This document shows, one piece after another, positions 24,280-37,015 of a DNA stretch of 64,000 bases. A model generated the notes under the pieces. That model was not told the origin of the DNA, did no database searches, and worked only from the letters and a program-made list of their open reading frames with translations. Location of the stretch: assembly GCF_964355755.1 (NCBI RefSeq), contig NC_092678.1, forward strand, positions 7,332,422 through 7,396,421, written 5' to 3'. Position numbers and translations under genes: made by a program. Source of the stretch: Antedon mediterranea. Its lineage: Eukaryota > Animalia > Echinodermata. Each line of letters opens with the position of its first letter. Positions within the stretch are counted from its first letter, which is position 1.

Positions 24280-25113
24280 TTTTATTAAATTCATAATGCT
24301 GCTAGGCTGGGGCCACTCACTGCTGACTGGGCTGGCCCCAGAATGCCTGCCTAGCCTCTAGGGTAGGGCCTAGGCCCTAGGCCTAGTTAGCTAGGCCCTG
24401 GCCTGGATAGTAGGCCTAGGCCTAAAAGTAGCATTGGGAGTTCTTATAGGCCAGTCCTAGTAGCCTAGCCTAGGCCTGCTTAGGCTACTTTAGTCCTAGC
24501 TATTTACTTTTTTAAAAGCTTGAATAATAGTTAGCTGGCCTAATAAATAGGCTAGGGCCTAGGCCTATAAATAATCATAAACATTAAATGTCTAGCCTAA
24601 TATTCTATACTGAGGCCTAGCCTAGACCTACTACTAGGCCAACAAGCCTAGCTAGTAGGCCTAGGCTTCTAGTAGGCGTTTAAGCAGGCCTGGGCCTGCT
24701 CTAGGCTTATTTGAGCTATTCATTATAACTGAAGTCTTAACCATGCTAGCCTATTTTAGTATTATTATTATGACATAATAAAAATTAAAACATCACCTTT
24801 TAATTTACTTCATCGTATAAACGCTGCACCACACACACATGCATATAAATAAACACATTTTCTATTAATTGACATAATCTACAATTTACCTAGCATTTTA
24901 CTGTATTTTATGACTTCTTGATATTAGTTGAGTTGTATTTTTTAATACCTAGGGCCCAGGGAGGTATTTATTGGGTTAACGCTCACCTCCTAAAAAACTG
25001 GTACCTGGTGTCCACAATTTGAACATTCTGTTGACATTGTGCAAATCACACATTAATTAATTAATTATTAAATACATTTCGAATCCTTTTGTATTTACAA
25101 TTGATACTAGGCT

Positions 25114-26341
25114 ATGGCATCAAATTATGCCAAGCGCATGGCTCGATTAAGTTCAAGAGTGTTTGGTCAACTAGTTCGCCCAACCAATCCAACATCGATG
25201 CGGGTTGTCAATAACCTCAGCCGAGAACCTATTGAACAACAGAAATATTACGTTGACTACTACCCTCCTCATGTGGAGATTGCAAGGCTAATGTACAGAC
25301 TACGACACTTTGGACTTTATCGGTCAGTATTACTATTATTTATTAATATTTCTTTTATTTATGCACTTGTCAATTGTATGACCCAATATATGATCCCCGA
25401 GAGGTGTGCGTCATTTACAAATAATTACTGACGCAGGGGTGCATCAAAAAACCTAGAAGGTACATCACATCATTGGAACGACGGTGTGTCAATGTCCGTC
25501 ACTTTACCACCCAAAATATCATAAACAACATGGTCACAATGCATCAAAATGTGTTCGTCATGGTCATCTAAGGGTAAGTCACATTTTTTACGCATTCATA
25601 AGGTATGACACACATCGGACAAATGACACACCTCTCCTAGAGGTCGTATAGTGGGTCATACAATTGACAAAGTGCATTATTAAGTACCAGATGAGATCAT
25701 ATGAGTACAGATCGCCACATTTCTCTTCATACATAAGTTGGGACCCCCTCATGAAACGTCACAAAATAAGCATGAATATTCATTAGTCATATTCATTAGT
25801 TGACGTAAGAATTGAGAGCCTAACTACTGTACAATTTGTTAATGCAAACGCTGTCTGTCAAGCCTTCTGTGTATTCAAATGGATTATACTATGGACTTTA
25901 CATGTCGATGTATAGGGTTCGAATCCCATGAGCAACATCTTTACTAAGTGAGAGAGAGAGATTATTTAGAGGAAGGGTATGTTTAGTAATATTTAGGAAG
26001 TAGTTCGGTTATCAAGACAGAAATTGTATTTTTTGTGTCAAAAAGCTGAAAATTCCAAATTATATTGTCAAAAAATGAGTTTGGTGGAGGAGCTATACTG
26101 TGTTCTTAAGGGTAACAAATTCACATTTGACAAAAATACTTTTGGATGAGTGTCCATTATAGGAAATTCAATTTGTAGTTACAGTGTAAACAGAGATACA
26201 AGTACGAATTTATTTTTGTATCTTCCACATTATAGAGATGAGCACGCAGATTTTAAAGATGAAATGAAAAGAGTAGCAAAATTAAGAGGAAAAGGAAAAC
26301 CAAAGAAAGGAGAAGGAAAACGTGCATTAAAACGCAAGTGA
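25114..26341 (+). CDS. MRPS33: Mitochondrial ribosomal protein S33
   Basis: Exons 25114-25322 and 26236-26341 (GT-AG, phase 2) give [18 protein letters not shown]...[56 protein letters not shown], with the family motifs GLYRDEH.DF and [14 protein letters not shown] acceptor at 25109-25110 implies a non-coding first exon (likely donor GTAAGT at 24274); AATAAA near 26604. Confidence 0.96.
25361..25677. mobile_element. MITE with ~55-bp TIRs (copy 1, MRPS33 intron)
   Basis: ATGCACTTGTCAATTGTATGACCC... and ...GGGTCATACAATTGACAAAGTGCAT; homologous over its length to 45008-45341. Confidence 0.88.
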
Positions 26342-26665
26342 TATCAGACCTTTATTTATAAGGTAACTTTCTTTCTCACAAGTAAACGAAGTGACCGTGA
26401 TTGTGAAACAAATATAGGAAGCAACTCGGCAAAGAAAACAAGAATCTATACACAGTTTTTCTTCTGTTGGAAAGAAAATGAATGGTTTCCCTGGAAACCA
26501 TGGCCAATTAAAAAAACAATATCAAACAAATTTAGTTTGAAAGGTCACTTTGAGGGAGTAGCACGTCCAAGGAAAGTTAACAGTTTTCTACATCTTGGAA
26601 TTTAATAAAATAAAATTAATCTATTTTCTGGCACTATTTATTTTCTGTTTTTCATGCTAGAGTGG

Positions 26666-27005
26666 GCATACGTTGCCATACAGCATTGAAAAACTGGTTT
26701 TCGTCAGATCACCGAAGTTAAGCAATGTTGGGCCTGGTTGCATCCTGGATGGGAGACCGTCTGGAGTCGCTGTATATACCGGAGAGTTAGGGTGTAATGA
26801 TAATATCAGACTAGCACATGATAAGCATGGGTTTGAGCCTATCTGTACCATATTAACTGTATACCTAGGCAAGATGCTTTACTCTCACTGCCTCGTCATT
26901 CGGATGGGACGTAAAGCCGTTGGTCCTGTGTACAAAGTGCATGTTAAAGAACTTCGCAAAGGTGTGCTAATCTGGTAGCTGGCTGCCGTTGGTCCGTGGA
27001 GGGCC
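26666..27005 (+). mobile_element. 5S rRNA-headed SINE (5S + tRNA-like + Deu/Nin-like domain)
   Basis: 26666-26764 matches the 5' ~95 nt of animal 5S rRNA (GCCATAC...TTGAAA...TCGTCAGATCACCGAAGTTAAGCAATGTTGGGCCTGGTT...TGGATGGGAGACCGTCTGG) but lacks the 3' end and T-run terminator; followed by a degenerate tRNA-like part and TTCGGATGGGACGTAAAGCCGTTGGTCC...GCATGTTAAAGAAC. Confidence 0.8.
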
Positions 27006-28275
27006 TAATCAGAATTTCCTCAATTTGAGGACAAATATAAATACCTTTATTCGTTCAAACCTCATATCCCTTCCCATTTTTTTTATGAATGCGATTACCC
27101 AATATTTTTTAAGTTGCAACAGCGAATCAGAAAAAAACATACATTTGTGGGTTTTTCTTCTGACCTTGTACAGTACCACAGTGCATTTTTTGTCCATAAA
27201 CCTGCCTGTTTTGACTTTACGAAGTTGAGAGGTCACCATGCTAAATACAAGTTTTAGAAGAGTGAACTCCAGCATTATACCTTAAGGCCAATTTACACAG
27301 GTGAGTGACAGCGGTATGTGGAAATAAATGCTGAGCGGGTTTTCCACTTACCGTTGCTGCCCTTGTGTAAATTGACCTTTATGAAAGAATAACATTAAGA
27401 GATGCCAACTTTCACATCGTTAACTTGTGCTCCTACAGACTGAGAAACCATGTCAAAATTCTTCTATTGTACGGCGCTACTGCAGTAGCGCCCTATTGTA
27501 CTGCAGTTCCTACATTTTGTTGACTCTTTATCTGTTTTTTACAATTATTTAGTAAGCTTTTTTTGCGGTGATTATTAACACTATTTATTGCAGTGAATGT
27601 AAATTTAGTTACTGTAGTAGAATCATTTTGATGTGACCCTCTTCATAAATGTCAAAAACCAGCATCAGAATTGTGTATTCTGTTACTGTATCAAACCATG
27701 TTAATTCTAACAAATATAAATCATGTGTTACAACAGTTTAATAACTGCACTAGTAATAATTTTATTTACATTATATTACATCTCATGTATTCATGTATTT
27801 TATTTCACTTTAAAATCTGGCCTTGTCCTCTGAGGCATGGGAGTGCAATCGCACACCTAACACGACCCCGAGGTGTGCCATTTACAGCACACCTTAAAAT
27901 TGGTAAACTTTCACGCACAACACCCCTACAGCATCCCTGAACAGGCCTGTAAAATCATTTTAAACATATCTTGATGTGTATTGATACAATTGGAATTGTT
28001 CATTAGAAGAAACAAAATCTGATAATATATTTTCTCAGGTTCCTTTTTGAAAGAAAGAGCCATATCGGGAGGGAACTGTTTAATTCATACTATAGCTAAA
28101 AAAAAAATAAATAAACAAATCAAATAGATGGTCTATTCTTATTTAAGTTGTACAGTAATACGATTAAAGAGACGTTTTAGAATTGGGTCTTGAAAACTTG
28201 CGACATAAACCACCAATAATTTAATTTTTTTTTTTTTTTTAATGCAACATTTGTTTCATCAATGTAATGTCAAGT

Positions 28276-31200
28276 TTAATATTCAGGTTGACTTTTATCA
28301 GTAATAGGTGGAAGAACTGGTTTTTTCTCAGAGCCTGGTCTTCCACTATGAGGCCTGGAGTCTTCATATCCAGACCTCCCACTGCCAGGCCTTGATCCAT
28401 TTGGCACAGGGCTGGCATTCTGCGTCAGATGGTCAATAAGATTCAAAGGCGAGTAACTTGCGCTTCCAGATCTAGCATGGTCTGTGCCATCAGAGTGTAG
28501 AGATGCTCTGGAACCTAGTGGTGAAGGCTCTGCAGAGAACCCTCTAGCCTCGGAGAGGTTGGAAAGATTTGACACACTGCCTGCATCATCCTCACTGGAA
28601 TCTGGACTACCAGGCTTTGTGTAGTCCTGTGAAAGTGTGTCAGATTTTGTGAGACCGTTTGTGTCCATGTCTTTTGGAAATGATTTGGGAAGCCTGAAAA
28701 AAATTATGAAAATTCATTAATTTGCATATTTTGTAAATTGAGAACATTGTGAATATTACCAATTATTAAATTAATATATTGTTTGAAGGTTTGCATGGTA
28801 AAATCAATATGCTGACTTATGTTCCTTTACAAACAAAATATAAAGTTAGCAGTAAACTGGTGGGGAACGTGTTGAAACAGTCCCACCCAATTTCACTTGT
28901 ATTCCCAGTTTCACAGGCTTTCTGCATTCTTACTCCGGAGGGACTATCAAAGTATGATCGAAATGTCGAGAAACCCAATATAGACTTCATATCAACATCA
29001 CCAACCTATTAAGCTGTTCAACAGGACTGGGTACAGATCCACATGCTGCTGTGGCCTGAGCAGCACTTTTACGGCGTTCGTATGATGCTTTTTCCTGTTA
29101 GAAATTCAGACAAAAATTGTTTAGCTTGTTGTAACAATAATGACGTTCCTGTCCCCTAGGTTTATTTCGCCTAAATTAATCAATATTTGATGGTTATGAA
29201 TTTATAATGCGCATAAAGAAGTTTTAATTGCGACAGAATCCAATATCAAATTTATTCAATTCAATAAACTCACCACTGCACTTTTGGAAGATTCCATTTT
29301 TGATTGGACGCTTGGAGAGAGTTTATGAGTTCCATCTGATGTATTACGAGACCATGTGCGCATTCCTGATTCAGGGTTTTGAGTGCTGCCCGGTTTGGTG
29401 CCAGATTGCGCTCGGGATTGTGTTCTGTAAGATTCAATTGTTAAAAAGCAATGATGGGAGGCAAAAGTAGACAGAAAAAAAATGTAATGATTGGTTTCCA
29501 AAATATCGAGAATCATGGAGTGACCCAAAACACAGTGTGCAAAGTGACATGTGTGTAAGGCTAGCCTAACCTCACACACAGGCCAAGGGCAATACCTACT
29601 TGTATATGAATAAAAATAATGTCATGGGAGTTCTTTTGTAGTGCCGATTCCAAACGCATTGCTCAGGTCAGTGCAGCCAATTAAGGCGCTCTCTCATCTG
29701 TCCAAATAATGCTAGTCATAGCGTGAATATAAAACATGGGGTCAAAAAGTAAGAACTCTTACCATGCATTTCACTCTACAGGCTAGTTTTTGTGATTGTT
29801 TTTAAGACAATAATCTCATGCATCTTCTATGCCTTAACAACAGTACCTTGCTTGTTTTTTTTAATTTTATTTTTGGTTTATTAGACGCACTATTTGTCAC
29901 TACCACCTCACTAAGCAAGACAAGTTCCTATCTACCAACCTTGAATTTGATGTTTCAGATGTTGTAGCAGAGCCATCGGAAATTTCCTGAATATAGCTAT
30001 CGCTGTCAAAATCCTCGCTGAAATCATTGGAAATTCCAAGATATTCCAACAGAAGTTTTCTTAACTGACGATATGCATCTTTCAAATTGGCTACAATAAA
30101 AAATGTATATGTAAAATATATTTTGTGAAACAAATGTTTCCAAAATTATTTTCTTTTGGATTGGAAATTTTTTTCTTTTCCATTAGAATATTCAAGGTTT
30201 GAAAAAGTTTGTCTTTAAATTGTCTGTCTGGTCAAGTGACTTGCATTGCAAGAACTGTAATTCCTTGCATCCTAGTGGAGCTCTCCCAAAACCAATTTTT
30301 TCTTGAGATCCAAAAGTTCTTTTTGTGAATACCAGATATATTGGACAAGCCCAAAGGTATTAAGAAAGTTGCCTATAGAAGATCTTTACTTACTACTATC
30401 AATTGTAATGTCAAAGAATCCAGGCTTCCCATCATGCATATCCTGGTACAATGAATTTGTATGCATCACCGACTCTATCTGTAAGTTGCTGAAACCTCCT
30501 CGCTCAACTAGTCTTTTCCTGTGAGCTTCCTTGTCCAAGGGTAGTAGAAGGACATAGCGTGGTTCAAAGTACGTCAGTTTCATTGACAAAACTCCCTAGA
30601 AAGAAACAATGTAAATTCAGAGTAATGTTATTGCAAAGGAAAAGAAGTAGCCAAGTTTAAATAATAAATTAAGCCCCAGATATTACTGTACCTCTAACTC
30701 CATATGTGTGACACAGGCCAGACCTTCTTGAGCGACACTTTCGATAGAATCAATTGTCAGTCCAAAGCTGTGTCCAGATTCCTGATAAGTTAGTACAAAG
30801 TTCCCCTACAAAGACATTGACAATTGTGAATGGAGTTGCACTTGCACTTTTCAGTAGTGTTTGGTTGACTGTCGATAGCTGGCAACTAAACCAAAATGGG
30901 GCATCAAGGCAATCAAACAACAGGATGGTGAAATATTTTACCTCTAGTTTCTAAATAATCAGTCTTCGCTCCTTAAATGCTTGACTGATTTTGGATTGGT
31001 CAATTGGCTTCCTCAAATGTTTAGTAATGGACACCAGTAGGTACCAAAACAGTACCATCCATAATCTGTACACTTATTGGTTTTGCATAGAGGGCATAAA
31101 CTAAGTACACAAACAAGCCTTTTCTAAATATATTACCTGTTTAATATTTTTTGTGAACTGATCCATTGTAACAAACTTGTAGTCGCAGCTTTCAAGCTCA

Positions 31201-34200
31201 CCATTCTGTGGTGCACGAGTTGAATGTGGAACTCTAAAAGACAATGCTTTTATGTTACAATCTCAGAAAACAGAATAAACGTGAGGTCATTTAATGACAT
31301 TATGTTTTTATTGTATGTCTTTAGGTACATGTGTAAATCAATCGCAGTTAAATAAGTTCTGTGGTTGGCACTGACCAATAGAATCAAGTGTATCTAGCTA
31401 TACCAGAAGTTAATTTTATATAGCGGCCAAAATTAAAGGCTCGGTGATAGTGTGAAACATCTGAATTTCAGCTGCTGATAAAAAATTATGAAAGCCATGT
31501 GATGTGAATGCACCAACTTACCCATAACCAAAATATTCCGGAAACTCTTCCACCAACTTCTGAGACAGTTCTCGTTTTCCAGATCCTACGGGACCCACAA
31601 TGATCAGCATAGGGTAGGGCTGGTCCTTTGTCGGTAACGTGCTAGCTAAAATTTTAGCAGGTTTTAAAAACGAGTACACCATACATTTACGATGATCGTG
31701 GGCAGCTATGATGTCAGCTGGTGGACTGAACAAGTTGATTGCTGCAACCTGAAATAGAAGGAAATGATATTCAATGTTTTTATGGGTAAATTACACATGA
31801 CCTTTGACACGTTTTAGGTTTTACCAAGCTAGAAGTATAGAGCTTACATACTAGCCTAGGCATAGGTACACCTGGTAGAGCAGTCAATGCAATGTCAATG
31901 TTTTTCTTTTTTGATCATAATTAACCATAGAATGTACATTTAAGACAAGGAATGACATGGTTTTATGTTCTTAAAGTATATATATGAATTATTTTTACAA
32001 AACGACGTCAAAAACTGCAAGGAAAATGTCTTTAAAGCATGTCCACATTAATGATTTTTATACCTTTTCATCAGCTTCAGCCCGCCTTCTATCCAACTCT
32101 GTAACTTGTGGTAGTTTAAATAACAACGACAAACGGTAGTCTGCTATACTCTGAATCGGGTTCCTCATCAAATTCAGTACACGCAACAGATTTAGATCCT
32201 CAATGAATTTTATTTCACTGATGTACGGTATCTGGGAAAAAATAAGAGGTTTTGCTCGGCATTTATTGTAATGCAGTTTAATGTTGAGGGCAGTTTATAA
32301 CATGTAAGCAAGTCGTTGAGCGAGCAAGCACAACGTTTACGGTACAGTATGTCCTTTTCTACCAGATACAACCAGTAAGTTCTGAAAAGGCGATCTATTT
32401 TGATGTCTCCCTTTACTGTAGTATCCTACTCATGTTTTATCACAGAGGACGTGATGCCCCTCTTACACACAACGCATCACGATAGTTTTAATTATAATAA
32501 TTGTTATCAAAATCTTACGTTGTTGTCTTCAAGGTCGATGACCTCTAAAAGTTCATGACCTTCGAGGCCTTTTAAGCTGGATATTTGATTACCAGAAAAG
32601 TTGATGTTCTGAAGCCATTTTAAACGCTCTATGTTCTCAATCACAGTCAACTGATTTCCCCGCTAAAAACAAAACAAAGAACTGCAATGTAGTGTATAAC
32701 TGAAATTGGTTTTCAGTGCATTTTATTCAAGTAACCAACCACAGCTGACAGATCGTTCAATCTGTGATTGGTCAAATTACTTGCAATGAGTTGAAGGGTG
32801 TCTATCCTTTGTTATTGCCTTCGTGAGGTAATTTCCCGATTGATTGTAATCAAAACGGTACTGGGTTTGGTCTACTAGCGTTCCTGCTCCCAACCAGTAC
32901 ATCCATTCATAGGAAGCCTTAATGAAGTAAGCCTACCTGGTGGTGGCCATAGAACGGTCCCGAGATAACGACTATACTCGGGTGGAAAACAAGGTTTCCT
33001 TTTTGTGATGTAATTATCCTGTTGGTTTGGGTTTTGAAATAAACAAATAAATAAATTAAAAACAAAGTATTAAATAAGATATTTTGGGTGCAGATTTAGA
33101 CTTCCAATTGAAAGGTTCAATTGAAATAATTTTAAATTGTTTTTTTAAATTAAAAGATGTGTATTACCAAGTTAAGATATTTCAATGACAATCCATTCAA
33201 GTTTTCAAGTTTGCTAATATTGTTGTGAGCAAGACTTAAATGGCTCAGACGCACACAACTCGATAAACCATCAATCCTATTTATTTGATTATCTGACCAA
33301 TACAAATTAAAGAAAATAGATGAAAACAAACTTTTAAACATTAACATGTACTTGTCATGAGCATATACTGTATTGAAATAAAAAATTGTAAGCAAATTTT
33401 CTATAAATGGTTTTAAGAAAGTTGGAGTCAGCATTGTGACAGATAGATATCTGATGAGACATTTAATGAGTTTGTATTATTCATCTGTTAAAAACAATTG
33501 GAGTTACTATTTCAGTTTTTGATGTTAACTAAAAAGGATACTGTCTATGACCAACTTGGTAAGTGCATGATGGGAAGATAAATTTTCCATTTCTTCAATT
33601 TGATTATAGGACAGATCGACTTCCTGCAAAATAAATAATACTTTATTAAATTAAAATATAAAACAAAAAAAAGGAAGAACAAAAAAATATAAATATTGGA
33701 ATAAATACAGCTCTAGTAAAAAATGTTTGTCATTCCCAAAATGTAATTCACCAAACCTCAAACTATGTTTATGTCCTTGAGTTGTGTTGGATGAAAGAAA
33801 GATTTTTTTAAAAAGTAGGTCACTTTGAAGTATCATAATAGTTATTAACTTTCACCAAAAATTAGTCGAAAAAAAAATAATTTAACTGAAATACAGACGT
33901 ATTTTGGTTAAAAAAATAACTGACTTCCAGTCAAGGTTTTCGATCAAAACATCTCATAATGCAACGCGCTTATTTGGCTACTCTGTATGCATAATCATAA
34001 AACTTCCTCGAGATCTGTGTGAAAAGACCTTCTCAACCAGGACGAGTTGTAAACAATCCTAATTAGCATCATGCATAATGCATACTCATGGTTTGAAATC
34101 TTTGTTTACTTTCGCTCCTTACGATTTTCCATGCAAAATGTTAAAATTAATTTACCTGTTAATTACGTAAACTTGTTGTTTTTGGCTCGAATTTTCAACT

Positions 34201-36678
34201 TATAGTGAATAACTTTAATATTACTTTGATATGATCAATTTAAATTTAGAATATTTTGACCTTCATTTTTTTGTGTTTCAAGGGACAATACATCTTTAAA
34301 GAAAACTGAAATTTGCCAATTCTGTAATATTTTGTAGGGCTATCGACAGTGTAAATGTTTCTGTCATCAGCACAGTTGATTTACTGTGCAAAAAGAAGCA
34401 ACGCAATGTCGGCATAGAAGAGACCAATTTACATGCATGGTTGAACTGTGCCTATAGAAATCTTGGTGGACTGTGCCTATAGAAATCTTGCTGGACTGTG
34501 CCTATAGAAAACTTGGTTGGCAATGCCGATAGACTCTAATATACTTGCCTGAAGATTGTGTGGTGGTTCGAAGTCTAACATTGTTGTAATTTCATTATGA
34601 GAAGCATCAAGTTCAATCAGGTATGGCATTTGGGAAAGAACACTCAAATCTGAAAAAGGTAAATATTTTTGATAAAAATAATTCAGAAATTATTTTAATT
34701 ACTATTAACTAATCACTGTACTACATTATTAGGCATTTTTTTTTAATGAAAACGGTTATTTCATCAGGATGGAATTTTTAGCTTGGCTACTAGTCTTGGG
34801 TTCCTATACTCACCAGATATTTTGTTGTATGGGATCTCCACTTTTTGGACATTTACAAACGTTTCCAGCTTTGAGATATCAACCAAGTTATAACCCTTCA
34901 AGAAATAATAACAATTTTAAGATTTATTCTTCATAAATTAATTGGTAAATATATATAAAATAAATAAACTGTTAGATAATAAATAAAATATGCAAATAAA
35001 AATTTGTTTCTCTTGGATTATTCATGTTTTTAATATTTTTTTTATGGAATAATAGTAATATAACATTTTATTGCACCAACCAAAGTTACTCTTTTTGGAT
35101 GCTACAACTTTTGGAAGCATTTTTAGGTTAAATGCGCAATAAAATGACATATTTAAAATAAGGAGCATAATATATCTGTTTGTACACCTGGTTTTCAATT
35201 CAAGTTCACACTTAAGGCCGATTTACACTCTAGACTGGAAAACCAATGGTTGTCCCACGTACAATCTATTATAAGCGCTCAACCATCCGTCCGCCTCGCA
35301 TGGTCTATGTAAATTGGCCTTTAAGCTTGATTCCCACTAGAACTATGTAAGTGTGTTGACCAATGAAAAGCAACAGATTAATCCATCTAGTGTAGAATTA
35401 TGTGATGCGTCCTAATGGGAACCAATCTTAAGCTCTGTCTACCCTATCGAACTTTGATGATGATGTAATATCACTACCATTATTATTTGGACACTTTTTC
35501 AAACTAGTTTGATAGTTTAGAAAGAGCTTTAAAGATATTGTGTTCCACATCACCACATCAGTATAGCATGACAGTCTGATCACCAGAGTGGTGATAAACT
35601 CACTGCATGCAGCAACAGTGGTTTAAAAAGAGAGGGACCCAGCTTTTTGTTTCTTTGGTTTTAAAACTCTTCAATAGATAAAATGAAATATTAATAAAGA
35701 CTTACAGGTAAAGTTAAATGTAGGTAAACAAGCTGTGCCCCATCTGATGAACAGCCAAGATTGGACAACCCAAAAGCTATAGTTTCTACATCCAAGATTC
35801 CATTTGGAGAAAGCTAAAAAAAAAAAAGTGGTTTCAGTTCAGAGATGATTTGTCAATCCCAATTCAGTCATCATTGTATGAAGGGCCATGGCAACCTCGT
35901 CGGTACAATAGAAAATCAAATTTCTGTTAACAATAATATCATATTCTCCCAACGACTTCAAACTATCACATCAGACACTACCTCAAGACTTTTGCCTCAT
36001 TACTCAGCAGAAAGTCCCGACCTGTGAAAAGACAACTTACTTAACGACGACACACATCATGATCACATCATTACTCTGCTGGGCCTTTTTGACTTGAGTG
36101 AGGACTTAAAAAGGTAATGTTCATTATCTGTTTGTTTTTTTCAGTATTTTAAAAGCCACCTTGATATGCAAATTACGTTTAAAAAAAAAAATTAATTCTA
36201 TTATATCTAGGCCTACTACTACTACTACTACTACTAGCCTACCTACTAGGGCTAGGCTAGGCTCTAGTAGGCCTATAGAGTAGAGGCCTACCTAGCCTAG
36301 CCTATCTATAAATACTGCTAGACGAGAGTATTCTTTTACTTAGGCCAGTCCGATCATTCTGCTTGCTAGGCCTTACATAAATAAAGCTTAGAGGACTAGG
36401 CCTAGGCCTTCTAGACTAGGCCTAAGCTAGGCCTAGACTCGTTTTTTTCCGGATAAACTCACCTCCACCACGTCGTCATCGTCTGACCCCGTTGAATGAC
36501 CAAACGGAACAGCCCGCTTTCTCTGGCCTTCCTCATATGACTGATCGGTTAATGATGATTTTGAATCTTCACAATATTCATTACCAAATGATAATACATT
36601 TGTTTCATGAAAAGACGGATTCAAATTACTATAAGAAAGTTCTGATTTCATTGACAATTCTACAACCGTATCCGCCAT
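28276..36678 (-). CDS. LRGUK: Leucine-rich repeat and guanylate kinase domain-containing protein
   Basis: 16 phase-consistent exons on the minus strand: 36678-36463, 35813-35706, 34895-34814, 34649-34549, 33623-33542, 33292-33168, 32662-32519, 32231-32064, 31748-31522, 31233-31137, 30805-30692, 30595-30394, 30090-29940, 29424-29274, 29094-29006, 28693-28276. SDS22-like LRRs (LDASHNEI, VDLSYNQI, LSLAHNNI), LRR cap (NPIQSIADYRL...LD), then GK-like domain (PYPMLIIVGPVGSGKREL, VPHSTRAP, EGLACVTHMELEGV, YFEPRY) and a Ser/Pro-rich tail. Confidence 0.94.
35215..35528. mobile_element. Three abutting short MITEs of different families
   Basis: AGGCCGATTTACAC...GTAAATTGGCCT | GCTTGATTCCCACTAG...TGGGAACCAATCT | GCTCTGTCTACCCTATC...GATAGTTTAGAAAGAGCT, joined by TAA/TTAA. 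Each family recurs elsewhere (27284-27378; 16452-16590; ~62100-62218). Confidence 0.7.
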
Positions 36679-37015
36679 TATTACTTTGTTTATGTTTGCT
36701 TGGAGACGGTGTCACGTGTGTGATAAAACCCCGTTCATATTATAGGAGGCCTAGGCTAGGCTACATACTGATCGTAAAAATGCAACAATTTACTGATCAT
36801 CGATCAACCGTGTGTTCACCTAGTATCTAGATAGGCCTCAATTTTAAGATTCTTCAATTTGATGTCTTTCTTTTTAATGATACACAACTAACTGTTATAA
36901 TTAATATAATAAATATATTAAAATTCAATCAATCATTATTCAATCAAAAGAGCGCCACCGTTTGACGAAGGTCGTTTTTTCGTGTGTGAAATCGTCGTTC
37001 GCCGCCATATTCGTT
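36679..37015. promoter_or_regulatory. Bidirectional promoter region of LRGUK and PPP4R2
   Basis: Divergent start codons about 340 bp apart; X-box-like TTTGCTTGGAGAC (~36695-36707), E-box GTCACGTG (36711-36718), YY1-like GCCGCCATATT (37001-37011). Confidence 0.75.

Noticed and set aside
26666-26785. Functional 5S rRNA gene
   Set aside because: The 3' ~20 nt and oligo-T terminator are missing, there are several substitutions, and it runs into SINE-like sequence.
34445-34520. 27-bp tandem repeat x3 (ACTGTGCCTATAGAAATCTTGGTGG)
   Set aside because: Ordinary short local duplication in an intron.
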